64,000 nt of DNA from assembly GCA_951406725.2 (NCBI GenBank), contig OX597822.1, positions 26,970,001 through 27,034,000 of the forward strand, written 5' to 3'. The position numbers and the translations under genes are program-made. The notes under the pieces were generated by a model, which ran no database searches, had not been told where the DNA came from, and was given only the letters and a program-made list of their open reading frames with translations. Of this stretch, positions 11,808-26,119 are shown one piece after another (positions within the stretch are counted from its first letter, which is position 1; each line of letters opens with the position of its first letter). Source of the DNA: Octopus vulgaris (lineage: Eukaryota).

Positions 11808-12281
11808 CAGTATTTCTAAACCATTTTTAAAATCTATGGACCACTTTGATTTCTGTTTTACTCGGATGGACCCTCTTAACCATTCAATGTTTAAAAGTCC
11901 TATTATGATTTTATAATTACATATTATTAGGAATTGTGCAAAGAAATTAAAATATTTTGTGTATTGTAGAAGTATACATTTCTTTACTACCCACAAGGGG
12001 CTAAACATAGAGTGGACAAACAAAGGGATTAAGTCGATTACATCGACCCTAGTGCGTAACTGGTACTTAATTTATCGACCCCGAAAGGATGAAAGGCAAA
12101 GTCGACCTCGGCGGAATTTGAACTCAGAACGTAACGGTAAACGAAATACCGCTAGACATTTTGCCTGGCGTGCTAACGTTTCTGCCAGCTCGCCGCCTTA
12201 TTGTAGAAGTATAACTAATTTTAACAACAAAATCTTATACGGATCCCCAAGGGCCATATGGATCCCAGTTGAGAACCACTG
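11808..12281. mobile_element. hAT (Charlie-like) MITE containing a nested SINE
   Basis: TIRs CAGTATTTCTAAAC / GTTGAGAACCACTG. Perfect 8-bp TSD GTCTATAT at 11800-11807 and 12282-12289. Confidence 0.8.
11977..12198 (-). mobile_element. Meta-like tRNA SINE with Tx1-like tail
   Basis: Full head to tail, with 15-bp TSD tattgtagaagtata at 11962-11976 and 12199-12213. Confidence 0.9.
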
Positions 12282-12864
12282 GTCTATATCATCAAGGTCA
12301 TTCGTAAGTCAGAGAAAAATAGAAATAAATAAGGGAAGATAACCTGTTTTGTTCGATAAATGGACACATTCAATCAGCTTCCTGCTTATCAGACAGTTAC
12401 TTTAAGATACACATTATGAAATACATGATACAAACAAACCTTTCTTGAAACGCTTGTGTTCGCTCAGTAGGTGGTGGTTTTATGAGATGCTGGTTTGTAA
12501 AGAAGTTTCGATTGCACTTTTAATTGTTATCAATTGCGTTTTCTTTTGAAACAATTAGAGAATTATACTTTTGTCTACACAGTCATCCTGTTTTGTTTCT
12601 AAATGCTTGATCAATGGCTACAGTCTTTTCTTTGTCATACATCACGCAGTGGCCAGTAGAACAAGATTTCATTTCAGACCTACCTCAGTAAATTCAAGAA
12701 ATAAAGAGTTTATTCCTGTGTTTTCGTGTTAATCTTTTATCGCTAGTTTTCCTATCCTAGTCTTTTGTGTTGGCTTAACCTTATTGTAACATCATATTGT
12801 TAGCAACCTTACATTGTTAGCAATGTAGTCTTTAGGAAGGAGAGCTGTGAGTGTATGTGTTTGC

Positions 12865-12907
<43 letters not shown>

Positions 12908-13491
12908 AAATGGGACAAGAACGCAAAACATCCAGATAGACGATACAAAGAAAACAAGGACGGTTCATTCGGAGTTTTCTTTCCCCAGTCGAATTCCAGA
13001 TTATCATTGCAATTTCAGCTGGTATATATATATATATATATATACACACATAGACAGACAGACAGACAGACAGTTAGATTGATCGATCGATACGCAGACA
13101 TCCATCCATCCATCCATACATACATACATACATACATACGTACATACGTACATACATACATACATACATACATACATACGTACATACATACGTACATACA
13201 TACGTACATACGTACATACATACATACATACGTACATACATACGTACATACGTACATACATACATACACACACACATAGTGACAAACAGAGAAACAGATA
13301 CACAGATATACGTACATATAGACAGATAGATAGATAGATAGAACGGGGTGGACAATATCTATTTGTCAATCAAACTAGTTCTTGAGACTACCTGCGAAAC
13401 TTCGAAGTCATTGTTAATGTGTGTATTTAAGTACATGTGTACGTATGTATATATGTATGTAACCTATAGTTCGGGTGCATATGGAATATGG

Positions 13492-13549
<58 letters not shown>

Positions 13550-13909
13550 CACATAAACATATTTGGAATTGCCTTGGTTTATGCATCAGCAACATTTGCT
13601 TTTTTTTGCTTCTTTTAAAGCGTATCTATTATTTTCCATTACAATTAAAAAAAAAAGAACAAAAAAAAAAAATAAATAAACGAAGTGTCGAACCAAATGA
13701 AACATAAGTGATTTGATAATTTAGTGAGTCAAGGGAAGCGATCGATTTTATTCGTACAAAACAAAAAAAGAACAAAAAAATAAAAATAAAATATAAAAGA
13801 CGAAACAATTCTATATTTGTTCTTATCTATGACGTCAGCAATCGCTTTATAGTCAATACACTCTTTCACAGACAAAACTGATAAGTATGTTTTAGCGACT
13901 AATTACTCA

Positions 13910-13940
13910 CGCAAGTACATATACACGCACGCACATATAA

Positions 13941-14013
<73 letters not shown>

Positions 14014-14062
14014 CACACATATATATATACATACATACATATATATATATACACATATATAT

Positions 14063-14093
<31 letters not shown>

Positions 14094-14216
14094 CATACAC
14101 ATATATATACATACATATATATACACATATATATACATACATACATATATATATATATACACATATATATATACATACATACATATATATATATACACAT
14201 ATATATATACATACAC

Positions 14217-14247
<31 letters not shown>

Positions 14248-14415
14248 CATATAGATATACATACATATATATATATGTATATATATATATGTATATATAT
14301 ATAAATGTATATATATATGTATATATATTTATGTATATATATGTATATATATATATATGTATATATATATGTATATATATTTATGTGTATATATATATAT
14401 GTATATATATTTATG

Positions 14416-14446
<31 letters not shown>

Positions 14447-14510
14447 ATGTCTGTTTATATACATACATATATATATACACCTATACACACATATATAAAC
14501 ACACACATTC
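13910..14510. repeat. Compound (TA)n/(TACA)n microsatellite
   Basis: Seen directly in the sequence. Confidence 0.95.
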
Positions 14511-15078
14511 ACACGCACGCATTCGTAGCAAATGGGAATAGAAAGTTTCCAAAGAAACAATAACACTTCTATAGACAGCTAAGTTTTGATAAACTGTTTA
14601 ATTTGACTCGAAATAAATAAGCCACAACAGCACATTTTTTCACATGTCTTTTCTATATCACTTGGAAAAACCAGCTCCAATAGAATATCGGAAAAAGCAT
14701 TCAGAACTTCTCTCTTTAAAAGTCACGTAGAACAACCACACCTTTTGATTTCTCTACAAAGCAATCCGTCATTTTTTTAAAACTTGCTTGATATGGACAG
14801 CATCACAAAGTTTCAAAAAAGATACGCAAAGATGATGATGTATTTTTCTCGTCTTCAGTTAGATAGATATTAATCAACCGATTAAATTATGCAGTTTATG
14901 GGAGTAGAGAGTAACTCTGATTAACGTAAGTCGTAGCTCTCAGTATGTTTCTTGAACGAAAATCAATTTCAATGCAGATATGCAAGAAAGGTGCGAAAAG
15001 AGTGAATCTGACCTTTTGTAGCCTTGTGATTGCTTCGTCCGTGTTTGTACTACAAGGATGTAGCTGTCCTGATCGTCG

Positions 15079-15110
<32 letters not shown>

Positions 15111-15111
<1 letters not shown>

Positions 15112-15250
15112 CCTATTGATCGGCCCCACTTTTTTTTTCACGATCCCTTTTGATTGGAATTCGCTCCCCGCTTTTTCCTTCTTCCCATAAAGAAAAGCTC
15201 TACTTTGTATTTTGTCCCTCTGTGTTCAGCCCTGCGTGGCCAATAAAGAA

Positions 15251-15293
<43 letters not shown>

Positions 15294-15435
15294 CCTATTG
15301 ATTGGCCCCCACTTTTTTTTTCACGATCCCTTTTTATTGGAATTCGCTCCCTGCTTTTTCCTTCTTCCCATAAAGAAAAGATCTACTTTGTATTTTGTCC
15401 CTTCTGTGTTCAGCCCTGCGTGGCCAATAAAGAAA

Positions 15436-15436
<1 letters not shown>
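15111..15436 (+). mobile_element. Two tandem ~142-bp LINE 3'-tail copies (Tx1-like) inside (CTAT)n/(CTGT)n
   Basis: Units 15111-15252 and 15293-15436 end cagccctgcgtggccaataaagaaat, like the SINE tails and 53177-53462. Confidence 0.6.
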
Positions 15437-15529
<93 letters not shown>

Positions 15530-15564
15530 CGTCCCGTCCGTCCGTCCGTCCGTCCGTCCATCTA

Positions 15565-15708
<144 letters not shown>

Positions 15709-16186
15709 TCAATCTGCATGCATACACACAGACGTGTACACACAGGCATGTATGTATATAAGCTTTATCTCTGCCTTATAACGAGATTTTGATTTTTTTT
15801 TAAAACTCCATCCATTTTCAAAATTTATATTCCTATAAAATCTAACCTTTGTAGCATACTCTATTATGGAGCAGAATAACCTAAGCATCCGTACAATCCT
15901 ATACTAGTAACAGAAATTTAACAAGACGGTAACAACGAGCAGAAACAATGTAAGAACACAAACACATCTAACGCAACCGCGGAACTTCTCTCGTCAGCTG
16001 CTTATCGGATATCAAAGTGATTTCGACACCTTCAGAGAAGATTACTACTTCCGATGATGTCAAACAGCCTTAGAAAGTATTTTCTATTGTTGTTCAACGA
16101 CTATATATATAAACAAAACGCTTGTACCTGGACTATACATACGTACCTGCACACATACATACATACACACATACATACATACATAC

Positions 16187-16220
<34 letters not shown>

Positions 16221-16295
16221 TGATTTTGAAGTTTCACTGGTAGGACTGAAAGCTAGATTGATTGCTAAATGGATTTTGTTCTCCCTTGTTCGCTA

Positions 16296-16482
<187 letters not shown>

Positions 16483-18012
16483 TTATCTGTCCATCTATAC
16501 ATGCATACACACACGTAAGAGAACAGCATTTATCAATCTATCAATCACTCAATCTGTCTACTTACCTACTTATCTATAAACATTGCATACATACGTATGT
16601 ATGTGTAACGTATACATAAAATATTTGTGTATGAGTGTGTGTGTGTGTGTGTGAGTGTATGTTGGCCACATACACATCTAAGAAAGATTATAAAATAAAT
16701 AGGAATCCAATAAATGCATAAGTTAAAGCAGCAACGCATAATGTGAGTAATATATGGAATATATGTGATCTTAAAAGATTTTTATCTCACTCTTAAGGTT
16801 TTTCGTCCACCGGTTCTTTTCCACTTTCACTTTCGCTTTCCCCCTCTCTTACCCTCCGTCTCTATCTATTTTGTCTCTTCTCTCTCGAAGTGTATTTGTT
16901 CCTCTCATCACTCTTGCACGTAATGGTGCTGAAAAAATAAAACCTCTTCTGCACAAAATTCCTCGGTTAAGTCCATCCCACTTGTGCATGGAAACAGCTT
17001 CGCGTTTAAAGATAAGTAGCTTGGAATATTGCTATATTTTTCCTCGGCTTCATATTGTTGTGATTTTATTGCTTAATACCGAGCAATTTTCTCCTCACGC
17101 CTTTTTACATACACTCATTATTTTCTTATAGCAAAACAACAACAACAATAATAATGATAAAAATGGAATTGTTTTCTTAGTGTATAAATATTTTAGCAAC
17201 CACATCAACACAATCTCTCTCTCATACACTCACACACACTCACATACACACACACACTCTCTCTTCTCCCTCTCTCTTTTTCTCTCCCCACCGGCTCTTT
17301 AATTTTTTTTTCGTTTTTGCCTCACATCACAAGCTTACCTATATAGGTAAAATACGCAGGCACTCTTACGCGTGCACATTTGTTTTATATGCATAGGAAA
17401 TATTTACGCAAAGCTATGAACAAAGTACGTGTATATAAATCAATCTCTCAAATAGTGCACACAAAGTAGAGGATTTATAATGTTTTTCCTTCAAGCATAA
17501 TTTAAAAGAATATATAAAACAGTATAACAAAATGTTACTTGCATTTTTCTATTCACTGATAGCCAAAGGAGTTTTTGTAGTAGTAGTAATAGTAGTAGTA
17601 GTAGTAGTAACAGCAGCAGCAGCAGCAGCAGCCGTTCAAGAATTTGGACCTAGAGATCTCCATTTCCAGCGACTTCGAGGGCCACCTCTCAGTGGTGTCG
17701 GGCGTCAACGAAGAGCCCTCGACTACAACAAGACGACCAAAGTTTTTTTTCCAAGGTCTGGGGTCTCCCACCCCTAAGCTCTAGACCATCACCTAATCAC
17801 TCTTACCCGTCTTGTTGATTAACAACAACAACAACAACAGCAGCAGCAGCAGTAGTTGTTGCTGTTGTTTTGTTCTTCAGTATTACAGATCAGCCCTAAT
17901 TGAGCATACCTAGGGACTATGTGAGAGATTTGTTGCAGGAGGGCTTGTGAAATTTTCTGAGGTCTCAATATTTGGATTAACTGAAGACTAGTTTTTGCAG
18001 AATAGACACTGG

Positions 18013-18548
18013 AACTCCGTCGGTTAAGAGGATGAAGGGTCCAGTTGATCCGATCACTTGTGAAATTAGTCTGCAAGTGGTTGAGCGCCCCACAAACACG
18101 AATACCTATTTCTTTACTACCCACAAGGGCCTAAACACAGAGAGGACAAACAAGGACAGACAAACGGATTAAGTCGATTATATCGACCCCAGTACTTTAA
18201 TCGACCCCGTAAGAATGAAAAGCAAAGTCGACCTCGGCGGAATTTGAACTCAGAACGTAACGGCAGACGAAATACCGCAAAGCATTTCGCCCGGCGTGCT
18301 AACGTTTCTGCCAGCTCGACCCACAAACATGCATGCCCTTAACGTAGTTTACAAGGAGATTGGGCATGACACAGAATGTGACAAGGCTGGTCCTTTGAAT
18401 TACAGGTACACCTCAATTTTGCCAGCCGAGTGGACTGGAGCAGCATGAAATAAAGTGTCTTGCTCAAGGATACAACGCGCCGCCAGGAATGAAACTCACA
18501 ACCTTACGATTGAGAGCTGAATACCCTAATCACTTGGCCACGCGCCTT
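18013..18548 (-). mobile_element. tRNA-derived V-domain-like SINE interrupted by a Meta-like SINE (18107-18318)
   Basis: tRNA head at ~18480-18548 and tccttgagcaagacactt (V-like). The nested SINE has an imperfect 18-bp TSD at 18089-18106 and 18320-18337. Confidence 0.75.
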
Positions 18549-19137
18549 CACTATAAAATGGAAAGGAAAACCGAAACAAACTTCGAAACCATGCTGATGA
18601 GATTCCTTAGCATACTTATGATCAAAGACGTTCCAGCCGTATTCACCGTTTTTTTTTGTTCAAACTTAACCAAGCTGTGATTAGGTTACGAAATATGTCT
18701 TTTCATTATAAAGACGGTATGCTGTGATTTGAGGGAACTTTGGTTTCTGCCTCGAGAAGATTGATTGACCTGCAAGAAAGATGCTTTCTCTTTAATTTGC
18801 ATCCAGAGAAGTTCTTTATTCTTGACATATAAAATATCGACAGCTGTGTAATAGGGGCGTAGTAAAAGGCCAGGTACAGTGGTAATCTGTCACCTATGCG
18901 TGCATGTGTGAAGGGCAGAATATCTTATCTTACTACTTATGCTTGTCATTTTAGGGTGGGATGCCAAAGGTGTGATTTGTGATTGAAAATAAACAAACCA
19001 TTTCTTTCATGAATTGATTTCAAATGGTAACTGTATTGCGATATAAACTGTTCTGCCGATATTTTTGTGTTCGTCTATCTAATACAACCAACGCAAAATT
19101 GTTATTCTTAAGAGTTGAAGAACGTATCATGTCTTAC

Positions 19138-19375
19138 CTTCAGGTGCTAGGTTAGAATCGTCAATAATGTCATCAATTTCTACCAATGCACAGGCGCCGT
19201 CTTCAGTCTCCAGCCCAAGAACGATTTCTGGTGGCGTTTTCACAAACTTCTTTGCATTTTCAACAGAATCTAAACAATCTGGAGACGCCTGGGTTTTAGG
19301 GGTTGTTGCTGACATGTCTGCAGGTGGCTGAGGAAGTTGAGCGAATTTTTTTGGCTCTTTGGGTCCCTTTTTCTG
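19138..19375 (-). CDS. Coding exon of an unidentified host gene (QKKGPKEPKKFAQLPQPPADMSATTPKTQASPDCLDSVENAKKFVKTPPEIVLGLETEDGACALVEIDDIIDDSNLAPE-G)
   Basis: Complex non-repetitive sequence with only one open frame. Acceptor ttgtttatatttcCAG|CAG (phase 0, NAGNAG). Donor GAAG|GTAAGA at 19138/19137 (phase 1). In-frame ATG at 19315 could be the start codon. Confidence 0.75.
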
Positions 19376-19397
19376 CTGGAAATATAAACAAGATAAC

Positions 19398-19489
<92 letters not shown>

Positions 19490-19491
<2 letters not shown>

Positions 19492-19797
19492 GTTTCAAAT
19501 TTTGGTACAAGGTCAGAAATTTCGAGGAGGGGGTAAATCGATCACATTGACCCCAGCACTCAACTGGTATTTATCAATCCCGAAAGGATGAATAACAAAC
19601 TCGAACCCGGCGGAATTTGAACTCAGAACGTTAAGACGGACGGAATACAACTAAACATTTTGCATGACGTGCTTGCGAGTCAGCCATAGTCACAAGGTCT
19701 GAAATTTTGGGAGAAGAGGGCTAGTCGATTACATCAACTCTAATGCGAACCTGGTATATAGTAACTCTAACCTTAATGATTCTGCCAGCTCGCCCCC

Positions 19798-19878
<81 letters not shown>

Positions 19879-20113
19879 TTGATCATCCTTTCTACTATAG
19901 GCTCAAGGCCTGAAATTCGAAGAAAGGGGTAAGTCGATTTCATCGACCCCAGTGTTCCACTGGTACTTAATTCATCGACCCCGAAAGGATGAAAGGCAAA
20001 GTCGACCTCGGCAGAATTTGAACTCAGAATGTAGCGGCAGACAAAATACCGCTAAGCATCTTACCCGGTGTGCTAACGATTCTCTCAGCTCGCCGCCTTT
20101 AATAATAATAATA

Positions 20114-20149
<36 letters not shown>

Positions 20150-20283
20150 GTAATACTTTCTACTGGAGGCACAAGGTCTCAAATTTGTTGGGAGGGGACT
20201 AGTCGGTTATATGAACCCTAGTGTTTCACGGGTACTTAATTTATTGACCCCGAAAGGATGAAAGGCAAAGTCGACCTCGGCCG
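19490..20283 (-). mobile_element. Cluster of Meta-like SINE copies separated by (AAT)n
   Basis: Repeated cgaccccgaaaggatgaaaggcaaagtcgacctcggc bodies. Confidence 0.8.
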
Positions 20284-20289
20284 AATGTT

Positions 20290-20862
20290 ATGTCAGGTTA
20301 CTTTCGAGTGCTACTGGTAACATGTAACCCAGTACAACCTGTTGCATAGTCGGGTCGTCGGCGACTAAACCGGCAACCCCACCAAGCTTGCTTGGTGAGG
20401 AGGGTGTTTATTGGACACCCTGCGGGATGTAAAACAAAACCTGTCAAAGGGCAGAGGAACTCTTGAGAGTCAACGGCCATCCAATAAATGTCTTATGGCT
20501 GTATCATGCACGGGGACATAGAAATATTCGGACTGAATACCTGATCGCGCGATTAAACCATAGGGAGTGAAGAACTCCTAGCCTTTGTTAGGGCATTCTT
20601 CTAGGAGAAGGTAACTCAGGTAACTGGGATAACTCCGGCATAAAACCTGCGGCTCAGTGGTTACCGATGATGTTGACTTGTTCTTCTTTTCGGATTATGG
20701 CTGCTGTTGCTTAGTGAGTGGGATTGACTCAGTGCACAGCCTTTCCTCACTTTAAAAAAAATCTTCTTGCACAGGTATTGCATGATAACAACATTGATTA
20801 AGCTTCGTGCAATGGCCATACTCGATAACGAGGGGGCAGCCACCATCATGTATGTATGTATG
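20290..20862 (+). mobile_element. Probable non-autonomous RTE-like retroelement
   Basis: GC-richer block that truncates a SINE. Contains ctaggagaaggtaactc (resembles RTE 5' UTRs) and ends in (ATGT)n. Confidence 0.4.
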
Positions 20863-21932
20863 GTGTCCATACGTGGTACGCGTAATTAATAATTTCTCTG
20901 TATTTGCGTATTTTTGTTCTATTTTCAGCTTTGTTGTTCTGCCAACTGAATTGGATTTAATTTATGATGGTGGAATGTTGTTACATAAATGGGCGTGGGT
21001 GTGAAAGAGGGTATCAGTAACATTATTTGTCTTTTTATTTTATTTCTTTCGTGTATCCGATTTCTTTCTATCTGTATCCATTGTGTAGGTTAAATTTCCG
21101 CTATTGTCACTCTGTATATACATCTCTGTATTTTAATGCTATTTATTTGTATATTTAAACTGAATGTAAGACACTATAATATATTATATTCTGTGTATTT
21201 TTGCTATTATCGGGAATCTATCGACCTACTTAACTACGTACCATTTTCCCCACCCACCTATCTCTGTCTGTCTGCCTGTCTCTGTCTGTCTGTCTCTGTC
21301 TGTCTGTCTCTCTCTCTGTCTGTCTGTCTGTCTCTCTCTCTCTATTTAACCGTCTGCTAACTATTTTAAATAAATATACAAGGTAATTTATATTACTATG
21401 TTACATAGTCTCATATTGTCTTCTCGATTCCTTGTAACAATTCTGAAGTAGAGGTATATTTTGTATTATTTTAGATATTCATTATGGATGAGAGTTCGTG
21501 AAGTCGTATGTATTTTCTCCAGAGAACTGGTTCTGTTTTCTCGTGTATAAACGGATTCGGTAACTTGTCGAAATGTCAGATCTTGGAGGCGCATAAATAG
21601 TAATTTCTCTTCCAGCTTTTTTACCAGTCTTGTCGATAACGGATGCTGGTCTCTTTTATTTGTACTCACAGTTATTTCCATCGATTCTTGGTGTTGTTTC
21701 TTCTATATAATTTACACGTCTCTGCGAGAAACCTTATCCAGTATCCCACGTCTCATTGCTCATTTGTAGGTTTAGTTTTGCTTATTCTGTAGTTATTATT
21801 TGTGCAGAGTGTTTTGCATATACTGTATCATATGACAGCCATCCGCAAACCTTTAAAACGAGAGTCCAAAATGCAACGTATATCATAATCTCTTCAAATC
21901 ATTTGAGTGATTGAAATTCGATGATTTGTACC

Positions 21933-22087
21933 TGTTGTCTGGACGCTCCCTGACAATGAAGTAGGCTAGCCCAATACGTAGATATAGAGGAAGAAGCCTA
22001 GATGTCAAGAGCACAGAGAGTAGTAGAGTAGAAGTAGAGTTGAGTAGTAGAGGCACCCGAACGTGCGACATAACAGTGGCGACGAGG
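21933..22087 (+). mobile_element. Possible LTR end plus primer-binding site (Gypsy-type remnant)
   Basis: TGTT...AACA termini at 21933-22075, followed by g-TGGCGACGAGG at 22077-22087. Confidence 0.4.
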
Positions 22088-22869
22088 ATTTCGGAGAACA
22101 CACAACCACTGTGTAGTATTGCGATATAAGAGTACCTAAGTTATTTAGTATGTAACGTTATAGAGGTATACAAGAAAGAGTTGGCCCTTTTGTGATCGAT
22201 ACAAAGGGAAAAACAATCGTATGAGAAACTATCACTGCAGTTAAAGTACAATCAGTTAGCAGAAAAAATAACCCCAGAATTATCCACGCATATTCAATTT
22301 TATCCTCGTTTACATATTATATCGAGAATGAGAATGAACATGAATACATATATAAAGTGTAAAAATATATAAATAGACTGGAAATTATTAGATGGACCGA
22401 GGCTGAACTTGTCTAAAATTAATTAGGCAAATACGAAAATAGTTGATAAGATATAACGATGTCATACAGATGTAACCTTATACTTGACAAGGACAGATTA
22501 ACACAGAGTTTCTTTTTTTTCTACTTCTTATCATTTAATAGAAAGATTGTAAGAAGTGAATTTAAAAATATAACTCACGTAGGCGAAAAGAGGAGGTAGC
22601 GAAGTGGGGGCTTGTTACATAAACAGATTGAAAGGTCATAGGTTTTTTTTTATGATGAACACCAGAAAAAAAAAAGAAACAAAAACGGTAACAATGCTAG
22701 AACAACTCTAGTACATGTATATATTTTTCTTACTGAGATAAGCACCGAATTCTAATGATAAAATACGAACAAATGATGATTTAAGCGATGCTCAAAATGC
22801 TGTTGTTGATTATAAACTCAACGTTGCCATTTCCAAGAATCGTTTCTAATAAACATTCCAGTTAAATAC

Positions 22870-23750
22870 TGGTTTCAAATTTTAGGATCAGACCAGCAAT
22901 TTCGCGGAAGAGGTTAAGTCGATTAGATCAACTCCAGTTCAACTGGTACTTATTTTATCGACCTCGTAAGGATGAAAGGCAAGGTCGACCTCGGCAGAAT
23001 TTCAACTCAGAACGTAAAGACAGACGAAATACCACGAAGCATTTAACGATTCTTCCAGCTCGCCGCCTTAATAGCGTCGAGTCGGCAGAATCGTTAGCAC
23101 GCCGGGCGAAATGCTTAGCGGTATTTCGTTTGTCGCTACGATCTGAGTTCAAATTCCACCGAGGTCGACTTTGCCTTTCATCCTTTCGGGTTCGATAAGT
23201 TAAGTACCAGTTACGCACTGGGGTCGATATAATCGGCTTAATCCGTTTGTCCTTGTTTGTCCTCTCTGTGTTTAGCCCCTTGTGAGTAGTAAAGAAATAG
23301 GTATTTCGTCTGTCGCTACGTTCTGAGTTCAAATTCAGCCGAAGTCGACTTAGCTTTTCATCCTTTCGGGGTCGGTAAAATAAGTACCAGTTGCACATTG
23401 GAGTCGATGTAATCGACTAGTCCCATCCACCAAAATTTCAGGCCTTGTGCCTAAAGTAGAAAGGATCATTATTGTTATTGTTATTATAAGGGCGACGATC
23501 TAGCAGAATTGTTAGCACGCCTACCGAAATGCTACGTGGCACTTCGTTCGCCTTTACGTTCTGGGTTCAAATTCCTCGATTTTGCCTTTCATCCTTTTGG
23601 GTCGATGAATTAAGCACCAGTCAAGTACTGGGGTTGATGTAATTGACCAATTCCAGGTCTTATGACTGTATTATTATTATTATTATTATTATTATAATTA
23701 TTATTATAATTATTATTAGTTTTAGTATAATTATTATTATAACTATTATA

Positions 23751-23804
<54 letters not shown>

Positions 23805-24020
23805 AAGGCGGTGAGCTGGCAGAATCGTTAGCACGTCAGGCGAAATGCTTTGCGGCATTTCGTCCATCTTCACGTTCTGAGTTCAAATTCTGCCAAGGTC
23901 GACTTTGCCTTCCGTCTTTTCGTGGTCGATAGATTAAGTACCAGTGACACACTGGGGTCGATGTAATCGACTATTCCCCCGCTCAACGTTTCAGATCTTG
24001 TATCTTTAGTAGAAATGATT
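22870..24020. mobile_element. Cluster of Meta-like SINEs, including a dimer at 23074-23470
   Basis: Five or more bodies in both orientations. Dimer junction aaagaaata|ggtatttcg at 23300. Confidence 0.8.
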
Positions 24021-24724
24021 ATTATTATTGTTATTATTATTATCATCTGTTATATGCCATCAGTTTTCATATCTCACAGAGCTTTTCTGGTTTTGTTTAG
24101 AAGAGGTTTTTTCTTTTCTTTTTTTTTCTGTTTTACCAGATTTAAATTTTTTAATTACAAAGTTTTGTTCGTATTAACCAACAAAACTTTCTGAAAATTA
24201 TCGGATGGAAAAAAATCTGTCTCCTTGTTTTATTTGTTTTTCTCGATGAAGTACTAGTCATGGAAGTGGAAATGGTAAGCAACGAATACATACTCCCCAA
24301 AAGACAAAAACAGAAAAATGACAAATAGTTATAAACACAGAACATTACAACTTAACTAACAAGTACTATCGGTACATATCGTTGTGAGGCGAAAGGGACA
24401 TGTTGACTGCAAGAAGGTGGGAGACTGTCAGGGACAGTAAGGAAAGAAAGAAAATGATAAAGAATGACCACAACTAAAAACAAATCAAATGGTTGAAAGT
24501 CATTCCCGAAGGAACATCTATCCCTGTCGATTGTATAAAGTTCACAGTCAATCGAAAGAAAAACGAGAGCCCAATAAAACTACTGAATGAAAGAAAAAAA
24601 AGCTTATGAATGGCTTATGAAAATAGTGCAAGGTAGTGTTTATTACAGGTTTCGCCTGTGATTTCAAAGAAAAAGGTAATGTAAAAGGAGAAGAAAGGGG
24701 ACTCTCTACACCCCCTTTTTTTGA

Positions 24725-24942
24725 CCAGGCTCCCGTTGGCTTTTGTAGGGTTTTTTCCACCAGGAACCTTTCGAAACGTCTCCCCCTTTTGGGAGTTTTT
24801 CATTGTTGAATTTTATAAGTTGTTATAAAGATTTTTACTCGATGTTTTTAAAAAAACGGCAAAACCCTTTGTAACCTTTCGTCCTGTCTTGTCCCTTTAT
24901 GTAATCATGCGTGTCAGCCCTTGTGGCCAATAAAAAAGAATT
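24725..24942 (+). mobile_element. Tx1-like LINE 3' tail followed by (ATT)n
   Basis: Ends cagcccttgtggccaataaaaaagaa. Confidence 0.5.
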
Positions 24943-25699
24943 GATTATTATTATTATTATTATTATCATTATTATTATTATTATAGATTGTGTACACGTC
25001 AAGTATAAAATAGTACTACCCAAATAAATATTTGGATGTGGTTATCTAGAATAACCTATCGCAGAATTATTACGTTCACGCAGAACGCACTCCATACTAC
25101 TCGGACGTAGGTACGATATGAAACCAACACACGTCGCACAAACACTAACTAATACGGTCGACCAACACTGTCAACTGTCCTTGATAGTTCACACTGTTCT
25201 TATTTATTGCAATCCGTTTCTTCATTTTCAGTCCCGTGGGGTATTCAGGATGTACAGACATACTGTGAGCAAAGGGAGAGGTGGAAATTAATTCAGTGAG
25301 GAATATAGCGTGCATGTAAGCATTCACCAAAGCGTGGTTCTTAGTCTATTTTTTATTTAATGTAGTTTTCCAAGCCACAAAAGAGTTGTTTTAAACTGGC
25401 TGTCTTGGGAATTTTTATATACTGAAGACAAGAGTCTGTAGAAGACTTAAAGAAGAAATTCTAGAAGCGGAAACAAAATCTAGAATTGGTGGGGTCTCAG
25501 ATGTAACTTGGCAAAGAGTAAGATTTTTGTAAGTAAGAAAGAAGACAGCGCCGCCCCCATCGAGGAAATGGCTGAGCTCGATATGTAGAAACAAAGGAAG
25601 GTAGAAAAGAACATCATAGTCTGACAGGCAGACCGATAGAGATTAAAATCTTTGTATGTGGCAGATGTACTGTACTAAGCTATCAGATCATTTGCAAAA

Positions 25700-25845
25700 T
25701 CAATCGTTTCTTCATTCAGGTTCCATAGAAATAGTTGGTAGCTTCTGTGACGTATTCAGAAATAGAGGAGTCTGCTCTGAAAGTATCGTATTCAGAATGA
25801 GAATAAGGTGGAAAAACTTCAGAGAGCTACTACCTCTGTATAAGG
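25700..25845 (+). pseudogene. RTE-clade LINE reverse transcriptase fragment
   Basis: SIEIVGSFC..RGVCSESIVFRMRIRWKNFRELLPL matches the RTE EVVDSFCYLG..RIRIGW.KF.EL region. Confidence 0.65.
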
Positions 25846-26080
25846 CTACACGTTTTTGTCGTGGGATGTAGTGAAGTTTAACCTTGAGTGCTACTTATTT
25901 CATCAACAGGGGAATTTGAAAAGGAAAATCAATCCCAGCATAAAACAAAAAAAAAAAAGCTTTCAAATTTATTGGTTCAAAGCAAAACAAGTAATAAAAA
26001 TGGTGTTTAATCATGTATTTCTCGCATGAGAAATAAGGCTTCGTATTTTGGAGGCTTGTACAACTGGAGAAAAAACTCAC

Positions 26081-26119
26081 GATATTGAACGATATTGCAT
26101 TACCCCAGAGGTAAACCAT
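26081..26119 (-). CDS. Possible alternative first coding exon (MVYLWGNAISFNI)
   Basis: ATG plus 13 codons ending at ATC|GTGAGT in phase 0, compatible with the phase-0 acceptor at 19375. Lies in unique sequence. A chance match cannot be excluded. Confidence 0.3.

Noticed and set aside
21600-21850. Possible second GIY-YIG remnant on the minus strand (..QESMEI..NKRD)
   Set aside because: Only scattered residues across frameshifts; not enough support.
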